From: Lama glama
Taxonomy: Eukaryota
Reading direction: 5' to 3'
NCBI GenBank assembly: GCA_028534125.1
Contig: CM052816.1
Span: 6,512,001 to 6,576,000, forward strand
DNA: 64,000 nt
Positions within the stretch are counted from its first letter, which is position 1. Every line of letters starts with the position of its first letter. The notes under the pieces were generated by a model that saw only the letters and a program-made list of their open reading frames with translations, was not told the DNA's origin and ran no database searches. Of the stretch, positions 53,016 through 64,000 are shown in pieces. Made by a program: the position numbers and the translations under genes.

Positions 53016-53512
53016 GGTGTTCATTTGCAATGCTGCTATTACAAATCACCACAAACTTAGTGGCTTAAAAACAACACAAGTGTTACCTCACAGTTCTGGA
53101 AATCGGAAGTTTGGCATGGGTTTCACAAAGCTGTGGACCTTCCTGAAGGCTTTAGGGGAGAATGTCTTCTTGCTTTTATAGTTTCTAGAGGCTGCCTGCA
53201 TTCTTTGGCTTGTGGCCCCTTCCTCCATCTTCATTCAAATCCAGTGATACTGGGTTGAATCCTTTCCATGCTGCTGTCTCTCTGGTTCTCTCTTCAATAG
53301 TCTTACCTTCTTCTGACCACAGCAGGAAAGGTTTTCCACCTTTAAAGACTCATGTGATTAGATTCGGCTCACCTAGATAATCCAGAATAATCTTCCCATC
53401 TCAAGGTCCTTAATTTAATCCCAGCTGCACAATCCTTTCTTCCATTTAACATTCACAGGTTCTAGGAATTAAGATGCTGACATCTTTGGGGAGCCATTAT
53501 TTTGCCTACAAC
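53016..53512 (-). mobile_element. MLT1C/D-like MaLR solo LTR
   Basis: caccacaaacttagtggcttaaaaacaacac...tttctagaggctgcctgcatt...ataatcttcccatctcaaggtcctta...cattattttgcctacaaca. Confidence 0.8.
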
Positions 53513-56500
53513 AGTGAGTCTCAATCCTTTTTTCTGTCTGAGCAGGACTGACAGGCACAGCATTCTCATTAATGCCAACTTCCTAAGGCAGTGATTCCCA
53601 AACACAGAAATGCACACCCCTAAAGAAGTCCCTAAGGATGGCGGTAGACATGAGAGAGGGAAACCATTTTTCAAAGGTTTTTTGGTTTTTATTTTGTTTT
53701 GTTTTTCCAATAGGCATGGTATAAACTCTTACCACAGTGATTATACCAACATTCTTTTTTGCATATTCTCATAGAGCTTAAATCACTTGCAATGAATGGA
53801 CACACTGTACTGGTATGAGGTATGTAACTAAAGCAAGAAAGAGAGGTTAGGAGTATTTCTCTAGGAAAAAAATACCGTGTAAATTTTGATTTAAGAGCTA
53901 AGATAGAATTTTCGATTGCATGCTATCACATATAATTTATTTCAGATCAATCTCGTGCAAAATGTGAATGCTATTGCCAAGAAAACACATTGCCCTTAAA
54001 TGGCTGAGTAACATAACTTTTTTGAAAACAAACTGGCAACTCAAGTTCCTGAGGGCAAAAATGTCAAGCCTCTGAGTCAGATAGTCCTTTTGCATTAGCA
54101 AGTTGCCCCAGGCAATGTCAGAGCCCTGAATCAAGGGATCTGGTAACCCCTAACAGGAGGTGGAAATCCTCCAGGAGCTCTGATAATCTTTGCTCTCCAC
54201 GTGCCCGCCACACAGAACCTGGCTGTGCTGATCACACGGACAGAGATGTGATTTTTCCCCTTAAAACTACTCTTCTTTTTCCTTCCTTCAAATTCCTAGT
54301 TATTTTGCTTTCTCTCCATTCACCGTTCAGAGTTTATACAATATCCCTCAATCACAGAAAATGATGTCCTGTCATCCCCACTCTTAAGTTAAACACAAGG
54401 AGGTTTAGAGAATGTGAGATTGTGCTTCGAATTGTACCATCCTACATTCATGATATTTTTGGAGAACATTCATTTAACACACATACATTGAGAACCTATA
54501 TTTATCTAACTTCTAAGGGCAACAGGTCTTAATCTGGGTTATGTCTTGGAATCAGTAGGGACTTTTTTTTTTTTTTAATATATTGATGCTTGTGGTACTA
54601 CCTCTAAGATTCTGATCTAATTATCTAGGACAGGGCCTGGGTGGCTCATTAAGAATGCAAATCTGATAGCTCCTACACCCACCCTTTCCATGCTCATGAA
54701 ATTGTTTTCTTCAGGAGGGAGGTGGGCCCCAGAAATAAGAACGTTAACAGACACTTTAGGTCAGTGGTAGTGGTTCTCAGAACACACTTTGAGTATCAAA
54801 GTGATGAGTGACAAAGAATTCCAGGGCAGCAGAGATGGGACGCATAAAAGGCTATGGGGATTTGAGACATGGACTACTTGAGTGACTGTTACAGGGTGAA
54901 AACAAAGGCAGAATCATGAAGTCTAGACTCTATAGAATCAACTAAAACTGAACTGTTTTCCCATGGACAGAAGTAAGAGACCCAGAGAGTCTAACTTCTA
55001 TGCTATTTCTCTCCATTCTGTCTTCAACACTTATTTATAAATGTCATGAAATCTTTAGAATGGAGTTTCACCCAACTGAAAGACTTAAATGTTGATGGTA
55101 AGCCCTGCACCCTGCTTAGTAGGCTCTAATTTCAAACTGAGATCAGTAACTTCTTGTTTGCCGACAATAATGATTGTCTCATGAGCTATGCCCTTTCTGG
55201 GCTGGTCTGTTCCTTACAGACCCTGTAGATGAAATTCGGACCTGCTCTCATTAGAAGTCCCTGATGCACACAGCCTCCGCATGCGGCACTTCTTCATGCA
55301 CACATACAGGAAAAACAGCTAACAAGTTACCTAGTTGGGGCTTTCTGTAAGAGTTTTGCTTAAAGACTGTTATTTTAAGGCATTTTAACCAATTTCCCAT
55401 GTGGGTATTTTAAGCCTGACAGAAATTGCTATCTGAAGCCAACTTTAAAGAACAAAGACATCAAAGAGGAGTTGACACCAGCCTTTCAACTCCATTCAGT
55501 CTCTGCTTAACCCTTAAAATGTATTCCCAAAGCTAAACAGACCCATGCTAATTTTAACTTCAGAGTCTGAAGGCTTTCATACAGTGTAGTATCTCTAGCT
55601 TTCATTTTATTCCTGGGCACAATTTCTGAGAGGCAGACTGCTTGTTCCTGGCACATCGTAAGGATAGAAAAGATCATGACCTTTGCTGTCATCTTTATTT
55701 GTGCAGCACTAAACTAAACTATTCATTTGTTCTATCCAGCACACTTGTAAAAGGAGTTTAATTGCAAAGAAAGCTTCTCTTATTTTGCACCTGATCTTTG
55801 TAAATGACCTTTCAGTCTTATTATGTTATTTCCTCTTTTCCTGAAGAAAAGAAAAAAAAAAAAAAAGGAACCCACTTGACTAAGGGGTGACCTATCAGTT
55901 CTATGTTCCCTGGCTTAACTGAGTAGTTATTAATGAAATAGCTCTTCACATGTCTTTGACTTTGTCACTTAAGGAGAGTTCAGTTCAATAAATCTTCCCA
56001 GGAGTCAGGGACCATTCCATCGTTATCTTCCTCAAACCTGCATTTGGATTCTTAAGGGGCTTTTAGCTTTTTGCTCTCATTAGCACAGCGCACACACACA
56101 AGAGCACTTTTATCTAAAGACACAGGTACATAGTCTAAATGTCAAACAGCACTGTAAACAGGAGTAAGCCGCTCACTGCTAGACTCCGCCACGTTACAGA
56201 TCCCCACTCCCCAGAGGCAGTGACTGCTTCAGTGACTTAATTCCTAAGAGAAACAGCTGTTGACCACTCATCACAAGCTAGACAGAAAAGGTATTTTAAA
56301 CCGCTTTATCAAGCCAGGGTGAAAGGACTCTGGGAAAGTTTTCTCAGAGGCCTATTTGCTAATAAAGATGTAATTCCCAAGGGGGGAAAAAAACCTGTTT
56401 GGAAACAGTCTGGACAATATCTGGTAACCCTGCTTCTAAAACTCCCCCCACAGCGTTGCCACCGCAGGCCTCTCCTCTTAAGTCCATTTCTGCAAACAGC

Positions 56501-58409
56501 TTCTGCTGAACAACCCCCCCTCCCAGCACACACCTCTGGCGGGGGGGGGGGGGTTGACTGAAGATAGTATAGTTTACAGCAGCAAATTCACCTTTTTATT
56601 TATTCGCTAACTTCACTCTCTCTCCAAAACAGATGCAAAAGACCTAGACCCCTGCTCCTCTCTCCTATAACCAGAGTAAGGAAAAGTACCTTCTTTTTTC
56701 CCTTTCCCTCCCAACAATCCAGACAGGAGCGTGAACACAAATAACTGATTTCCATCAGTCACTTGCGCCCATTTGCTGGCCATAGCATGGTCCTTCTCAG
56801 AATACAGACAGAATGGTATTGTCTCTCCAACTTTCATATATTCTTAGGACCATACCGATTAGTGAGAATATTTTTAATTCATTTCATCATGCATTCAGGT
56901 CAGTCTCTCCACCTTTACCAGCTCACTAGAGTTTTCTGAATCATCTTCCCTGTGAGTGTACAAATTATATTCCCAGCTCCTCTGTCCTTCCATCTCAGAC
57001 ACTGTTTAACTCTTCCTTGCCTATTTCATTTTCCGCCACTTTAGCCTCTGTCCTTTGGAAACTGCTGGCTCCGGTGCTAGGTCCCTCTCTCTGTTCCTCT
57101 CACCCCAGGTCTCCCTTAAACATTCGCTGAAGCTTTGGTCCCCAACCCCCTCAGGCTATGCCACACAGATGTCCGAGCCTCTGCCAACGTGAAAGAGAAG
57201 GCCATTGGCTTCAACTATTTATTGGTTCAAAAATGGAAATAATTTCCCATGGAGACTGTGAGAACCTGATTTCCTTCACATCATTAAGTTGGAGGAGTCC
57301 CTCTCCTCTGAACCCCAACAGAAGGTACCCTTTGACTCAGAAATCCCAGACCAAGCTCCTTGCCAATTCTTTCCCTTTATCACAGTCAAAATAAAAGGGC
57401 GTCTTATAAATTCAAGTGTTCGCAATATATAAGCAAATTAAGTAAGAATCAGCTCCATTAGGGAGAAATGAGAACAGTCAGAGTTGGATACCACTGAAGT
57501 TGTGTTCTTTTTCATCAGTTTCTACTCATTGAAAGGCAGCCATCTGAACTTACTGCATCTATGAGGCCCCCAGTTAATCCCTCCCTCCCCTGCAGTTCTC
57601 TGGGGACTAAAAGCCTTCACCTGAGTCCAAGCTTCAGTGCAATGCAAAATCCTCTTGCCAGTGGGACCTGGGGGCTATGTACCAGGTTCTGCCTGAATGG
57701 CCCAGAAATACAGCTGGTTTTCATTACTCACCTAACAAGCTTTCAGGCATCCACCTCAAGGGAAGGAGGGCACCACCAAACACACAAAATAAAGCCCTTG
57801 GATCATCCACACTTGTCTCTGTCTTCCCAATCTCCTCAAACTCACACCAGAGGCCCCTAATCAAAACTCCATCAAGTGCCAGCACAAGGCAAGACCATTC
57901 CAACTCCCCTAACACTCCTGACTATGCAAACAGGAATGAAAGACTCAAACAGCCCAGGTAAAAACCCTCCAGTGCCAGAAACCAATAGAAATAGGCCCAA
58001 GCAAATGAATGCTAGTCTCTAGATACCTGCTTCCTTGGGTTCAAGTTTACCTAGGCTGCCTGGGACCCTGGAGCAAAGTGACATGAGTCCGGGGAAGTCA
58101 GACTTAGACACACCCCGAGGACCTCACTCTCTCAGTGAAGTCCAAGGCCAGGAATGGCTGCTGTTAACTTTGTCCTCATTGGTAGCACAAGGCCTTCTAC
58201 TCTAGACCTGACTAGGCCTCCAAGTCTGAAGGACACAGAGATATAAGCATTTCTGAAATTCCGTTCAGCAACCAAGACTTCTCATTAAAGATTCATTCTG
58301 CTCCCGGAGACCTTCAGTCTTTCCTTCACCTGCCTGCCCAAAAGTGGGTGGGCTGTCATTGCAAGGCCACTGTGTCAGCAAGCTCAGAACAGGATGAACC
58401 AGCACTTAC

Positions 58410-58485
58410 CCACAAAGCGAGAGAGGAGACGCCAATCCCCACGTCAGAAGTTCTTGGTTGGGATCCTCCAGCCACCTCAGCCTGA
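58410..58485 (-). other. Candidate internal exon of an unidentified minus-strand transcript (76 nt)
   Basis: Minus strand: ctcacagcacccttcctcctcttacAG| acceptor and TGG|GTAAGT donor, in unique sequence. Confidence 0.4.
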
Positions 58486-59380
58486 CTGTAAGAGGAGGAA
58501 GGGTGCTGTGAGTTTCCTGGCAACTTATAGCAGGTGTGAGGAGGCGGAGACTAGAGTCAGAAAAACAACGTGCGCACAGCTGGGAGCAACAGAAGACCCT
58601 AGGGATGGTTTCAAAATCCTAGGACATAAGAATGACTGGAGGCAGTTAAAATGCACATTTCGAGGTTTCTGTTACAAAGACTCTGTTTAATGATCAACAC
58701 CCTGGGTATGCCTAGTGCATGTAAATTGCCAACACCAAAGAGGCAGGTCTAGAATGACAATTAACCCAAGAGAACAGACCTTTCTACTTCACAGGAGGTT
58801 TCTGCTCCCAGGGAAAGAGCGGCTTTGGCTCCTGGCAAGTCAATGATCATAACAATAATAAAGTTCCCCTTTACAACATGCTTGTTCTCTGCCAGGTACT
58901 GTGTGGGGTGTTGGATGTGCATTATTTAGTTAATCTTCACCAAAAGTTGCTAATGTCATGCCCATTTTATAAAAGAGGCCTACATTGGCTGTTACGTGCC
59001 TGAGGTTACACAGCTGTAAGTAATTAAAACTAAGAGGGACCCTTACTGGCCTGACTCAAGTCCTGATCTCTGTTGACAGTAACTATCAAATTCTGGTAAT
59101 GTCCTGCCTTGTCACTGAAAATACCGAGACATGTCATGACCAGCCCCCTGCTGGCAGCCACGTCCCATAAACTATGTGCTCATCTGTGCCTTTGGCAATG
59201 TCCTGATCCTTCAGTGTGGCCCCTGGAGACAGCCATGGAGGGTGATGGTAGGAAATTCTTACTCAGCTCTCCTCTTGAGCTTCTAAGAGCCCTACCTGAG
59301 TAACTCATTATATCTTGACTACAACCCTAGTATCATCATTATGTAGATTAGGAAACAGGTCCAAAGAAATTCAAAAGTTC

Positions 59381-59909
59381 TGAGAGACTGATTACACAGC
59401 TGGACAAGGCAGGACCCTATAAAAACAAGTCTGACCCACAACCTGGAGCAACGCACTCAGGAAACGAAGCCCCTGATCTAGAACGAACAGCCCAGGAAGC
59501 CAGCCTGCGATGGGTCAGACTCGTCAGAAGTCTGATTGCTAGCTTTAGTAACAACCCAAGATGCTAAACAGAAACTTGTATAACAATCAGCCCCAAATGG
59601 CCAGGACTTGACTAATAACTGACAGCTTCCCTAAATTTTGTCCCTGCTTCCACCTTAGGACCGAACACAGAAAGCCAAATATTCCCCCCTAACTAATCAC
59701 GCAGATGCCCCACTTCTCATTACCCACAGCCTCCAATCAAGGAACACCTGAAGCCTTCCTTTTTTTTCCCTACCCCGAAGTTCTCCCACTCCTCTGCCTG
59801 ACTCTAGGTCTCTGTAAAAACACGAGTGACGGCTGCCTCCCTTGCTATAGCGAGTTCAGAATAAATAGCCTTTGCTTGTTCTCATTGGGTTGATACGCGT
59901 TTATTTCCA
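59381..59909 (+). mobile_element. Old ERV LTR (MER90/MER110-like; name uncertain)
   Basis: TG...CA; ccaaatggccaggacttgactaataactgacagcttccct core; AATAAA at ~59860. Confidence 0.6.
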
Positions 59910-60116
59910 GAGTTGCTTAAGATTACACAGCATCTGAGTAGCAGAGCTTGTACTCAAACCTAGGCACTTGGACGCCAGACCTCACCCTCTTAACTAGTTT
60001 GAGAATGCAGAGCCTGCTCAGAGCTTCACATTCACTTCCATACCATAGCTGCTGCCTCTAAGCCTTTGAAGGTGGAGGCTCCTCAGACCAGCCTACCACC
60101 TTCATTTCTGTCATCT

Positions 60117-60739
60117 TGATGCAGGAAAACGGATGTGCGGCATGAGGGCCGAGTCCTAGGACTCGGTGGAGCCCCTGGGACATGCCCCGCCAAGTGTTGG
60201 TCCTTGGCTTCGTGCAGAAAAAAACTGAAGTGCGAGCCACCGCTGAGTTAAGGTAGATTTATTTAGAGAAATACGTACTGCAGTGTAAGGCAAGAGAAAG
60301 GCAAGGAAAGAGGTGTGGGAACTGGGTGTTCAAGTTAAAGTAAAAGTAGGTACACACTCCACAGACAGAGTGCAGGCCGTCTCCAAAGGAGAGAGAGCGC
60401 AAAGGGCCACTAGGCGCGGTGTTGTCACTTTTTATGGTCTCAGTAGCTTCACATGCCTACAGGTGGGATCAATCCAACTGCCCCGGGGAAGGGGCTGGGA
60501 TTCCCAGGAATTGGGCCACCGCCCATTCTTTGGCCTTTTGTGGTTAGCCTTGGGGCTGTCATAGCGCCTGCGGACATGTTATTCGATCACACTGTTACAA
60601 TGCTCATATAATGAAGCTCAAGGTCTGCTAGAAGTCAAACCTCTTAATCCTCAAGGCCAACTAGGAGGTGCATCTTCCACCATTTTGGTTGCTGTCATTC
60701 CCTGAGTGGCTGTGGCCTGCCCCCTTCCCTCCTGTCTCA
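60117..60739 (-). mobile_element. ERV1-class solo LTR, CpG-retaining
   Basis: TG...CA ends with terminal inverted repeat (tgatgcagga / cctgtctca); near-TSD atct/ttct; minus-strand poly(A)-like signal (tttattt ~60258). Confidence 0.7.
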
Positions 60740-60747
60740 TTCTGACT

Positions 60748-60975
60748 CAAAGTTCCTCAATATGGGTACTACTAACATTTTGGATCTGATAGTCCTTGGT
60801 TGTTAAGGTCTGTCCTATGCATAGTAGGATGTTTGGCAGCATCACTGACCTCTACCTATGAGGTGCCAATAGTACCTTCTCAGTTATGACAGCCAAAAAT
60901 ATCTCTAGATATTGCCCTGGGTATGTGGGCAAGGGCGTGGGGAGGAAAATCTCCCCAAAATGGGAATCACTGATC
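60748..60975 (+). mobile_element. MER20 (hAT-Charlie)
   Basis: ctgtcctatgcatagtaggatgtttggcagcatcactgacctctacc...cagttatgacagccaaaaatatctctagatattgcc. Confidence 0.8.
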
Positions 60976-60979
60976 TAGA

Positions 60980-61285
60980 ATAGTGCTTCTAAAACCTTTA
61001 ATGTGTTACAAGTTACTTGGGGATATTGTTAAAATTAAGATTGATTCAGGAAGTCCAGGGTGGTGCCTGAAATTCTGCATTTTTAACAGTTTCTTGGTGA
61101 CGCCAGTGTTGCAGGTCTGAGATCTACACTTTAGAAGCAAAAATCTTGACTGGAGTGTTTTCTTTAAAATGTAGATTGTGTAGACCCAACCCAACCCAGG
61201 AGGCGCTGATTCAGAATACCTGGGTTGGGGCTCAGGCATGTCTCTTCTAACAAGCTTCTAAGGTGTTTCTTATGCACAATAAAAT
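60980..61285. mobile_element. Tandem MER5-like MITE fragments
   Basis: ggtgcctgaaattctgcatttttaacag; ctgattcagaatacctgggttggggctcagg...ctaacaagc. Confidence 0.6.
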
Positions 61286-61743
61286 GTGACATAATCTTGG
61301 TTTTATTTTAGTAATCTCAGCTCCGGGACTCAGGGTTTCAGACATTTTGAGATCAGCTTGGAATTCTCTGGAAATATCATCTTAAACAGGGTGTTGAAAG
61401 ACACTGTAATACAAGACAGCTGTGATAAAAGACAGAGGACTAGCAGTAATGTGTCCTGCCCCAGGGAAAGGCTCCTTATCTTGCGATAACTAGAGAGAAA
61501 GCCCAAGGGGGCGGGCACCTCGGAGTTCTCTGGGTGCAGACAAGAGAGACTGCCCTGGCTACCTGAAGCGGATATGGGATATCCTCAGGGGAACAGGGGC
61601 TTCACAGAGGCTGCCAAACCAGGCTCAAGAAAGGGATGGCAAGGAGATCCACGTAGCAAGGGCCAGTAAGGGTCTCCTAGAATGAATAAACTCCCAGCCT
61701 TTCTCCTCTCCTTAAATCACTTAGCTTAAGACTCGAGAGAGGG

Positions 61744-61776
61744 ACACACACACACACACACACATACACTCACACC
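61744..61776. repeat. (CA)n microsatellite
   Basis: acacacac... run seen directly. Confidence 0.9.
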
Positions 61777-62569
61777 AGAGAAAACAATTTGCCTAGCGTG
61801 GCAATATCGATAACGCATCTACAACGTATTGGTTATAGATTGGTCATAACTAATTTGGAATCCCTCTTTCTATGGGCCTGGAGATTCCCTATCAGAAGGA
61901 TTACTGCAATGATTCACTGCATTAACATCCCTGAGTTGAGGATGTGTTTCTTCACGTGCAATGCAATAATCTAAGAGAGAGAAGTGCGGACAAAAGGAAA
62001 AGATGAGTCATGGAAAGACAGAGAAAACCTAACTTTTTCTACAGTTAACTTGATTCTCCAATAGGAATGCACTTTAAATCCTGTTGCACACAGGGGAAGT
62101 CAGGAGGGAATTACCATTTATAAACTGACCCCTGTGTTAGAACTTCATTTAACTTATCTAATTTAACCTCAAAACACCCTAGGAAGTAGTTGTTATTGCC
62201 TTCATTTTTCAGACCAGGAAACCAAAGTCCAAAGAGTGAAAGTCCTCCTCGTTTTTCTCTCCTTCCTCTACCACATGCATTAAATTAGTCATCTGCCATA
62301 TATCCCTAATTATGACTCAAATGATCATAAATTATTATATTCTTCCTTCATCAAGATAATTTTAGATATGGCTTAAAACCCTCACTTGCCAGGGTGGTTG
62401 AACCTAATCAGTCACATTTTGGAGTCCTTCCCTAGAGTCATATATTTGTTGAAGTGTTGGGCAGGGATAAGGGTAGACATACACGGTAGCAGAAAAAGAG
62501 AGAAAAGATCTCAAGTGTTCCATTCATTATAGCTTCCGTTAAATTGTTCACTGATCTATTCAACAGCAC

Positions 62570-63798
62570 AGATAAATATTAAAGGCATTTTGTTAAGCAA
62601 AAAAAAAACCAGATCCCAAAAGCTACATATTGCATAATTCCAATTCATATGACATTTTAGAAAAGGCAGGACTATAGGAATGGAAAATACATCCGTGGCT
62701 GTCAGGGAGTGGTGGGGTACAGAGGGGAATTGGGATAGCGAGAGACTGGACAGGAATAGAGTGAGACAACATAGCGTATCTGTCTCAGGAAGACCTGATA
62801 AATTCTTTTTACTTTGATTTACATAAGATATTAAATTACTGTATTCTTCAGAGGAAATTTTAGGGAATCGTTCTATGTTACTGCAGTGGTAGACATGTGA
62901 TTCCATGCACTTGTCAAAATTCATAGAAATTTGCATCACAAAGAGTAAAACACTGATGTAGTAGGCAAGCTATAAAATAAAAAAATAATCAACTAGAATG
63001 TCAGAGGAATCCCAAGATAAAATGTGAGCTGTGAAAATATTAAGCTAACTATATTACAAATAAACGACATAACTGTACTCTAGGGGGTAGGGAGAAATAG
63101 AGATGACCTAAATAACTTTGGAAAATTGTGCTTAGACTGGAAAATGTAAGGGCAAAGAAAAAAGGAATTGTACATAACCAGTATATTCTAAGTTGTTAAA
63201 GCTGTTTATCATGGAGATACATGAAACTGCTTTGTATGTTTACTGAGGTTGAATACATTAGTAAATGGATGATGGATGGCAGGTACCAGAACTCTCATTG
63301 CGGGAGAGAAAAGTTAATGATGGACAAGAACTGAAGACTAGAATGACTTGTGATACATCAATATGGATTTGTGTTTAGTGTAATGTACATATACGGGTAG
63401 ACAGACACAGAAACAACTGTAGATCAGTGTGAATGATGGGTTAGTATATGTGCATATTCTACCAAGCTACCGAGCAATGTCACCCCAGCAGCAACCATCA
63501 TTGGTTTCTACTAGGGCCCAGACCTTGGTTCCAAATACCATCCTCCAATAAAATAAACCATGCCTACTTGGAGAAATGGCTGATTCCATGGCCGTGGTAG
63601 GGAAATTCAAAGTTAAACCTGGCACATTCGGTAGTATCAGGAAGTTATGAAGTGCTCAAAAGATAAAACAACGGTAATATCTCAAAGGGACACAAGAACT
63701 AAACTAATAGAACATTCAGTGACCAAAGCTGGAACAACTTATGCAACTAAATCAATAACAGTATTAGATCATAATATAAAATATAAATTAAACATACA
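62570..63798 (+). mobile_element. Ancient L1 (L1MC/MD-like) long 3' UTR
   Basis: ccagatcccaaaagctacatattgcataattccaattcatatgacattttagaaaaggc...cttggagaaatggctgattcc. Confidence 0.7.
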
Positions 63799-63800
63799 TG

Positions 63801-64000
63801 ATGTCTTAGCCATTAGGGCTGCTACAACAAAAGACCACAGACTGGGTCTCTTATAAACAACAGTAACTTATTTCTCACATTCATGGAGGCTGGAGGTCTA
63901 AGATCAAGTTGCCAGCATGGTCACATTCTTATGAGGGCCCTCTTTCTGATTCATAGCTAGCAGCTTCTTAATGTGTCCTCACATGATCAAAGGGGCTAAG
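63801..64000 (-). mobile_element. MLT1A/B-like MaLR LTR (runs off the window)
   Basis: tgtcttagccattagggctgctacaacaaaagaccacagactggg...ggaggctggaggtctaagatcaag...tgtgtcctcacatg. Confidence 0.8.

Noticed and set aside
1..64000. Prokaryote-type systems (CRISPR, operons, defence islands) or an intact novel gene cluster
   Set aside because: The sequence is mammalian and repeat-rich; there are no spaced repeat arrays and no long non-repeat ORFs.

Overview
Mammalian, repeat-dense, essentially non-coding genomic DNA. It is probably camelid: there is a tRNA-derived Vic-1-like SINE and cetartiodactyl-type L1 3' ends, and I saw no Alu, B1, BovB or PRE-1. Two 500-N scaffold gaps interrupt the window. 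I recognise no intact protein-coding gene. The only identifiable cellular-gene homology is a decayed, 5'-truncated, intronless RPS3 retrocopy (minus strand, ~34.70-35.26 kb). The rest is layered transposon debris: L1s of several ages, a complete MaLR provirus with a nested ERV1 solo LTR, other solo LTRs, MER47/Tigger5, MER5/MER20/MER94, MIR and L2. The most interesting structures are (i) a permuted, internally deleted L1 complex at 41-44 kb, (ii) a twin-priming 5'-inverted L1 at 45.9-47.1 kb, and (iii) several well-formed minus-strand splice-site pairs (58.4 kb, 2.1-2.3 kb, and an acceptor at nt 85) suggesting a minus-strand transcript running toward a CpG-rich region at the left edge. I find no convincing evidence of a new biological system. 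Repeat family names are from recall of consensus sequences and need Dfam/RepeatMasker confirmation.
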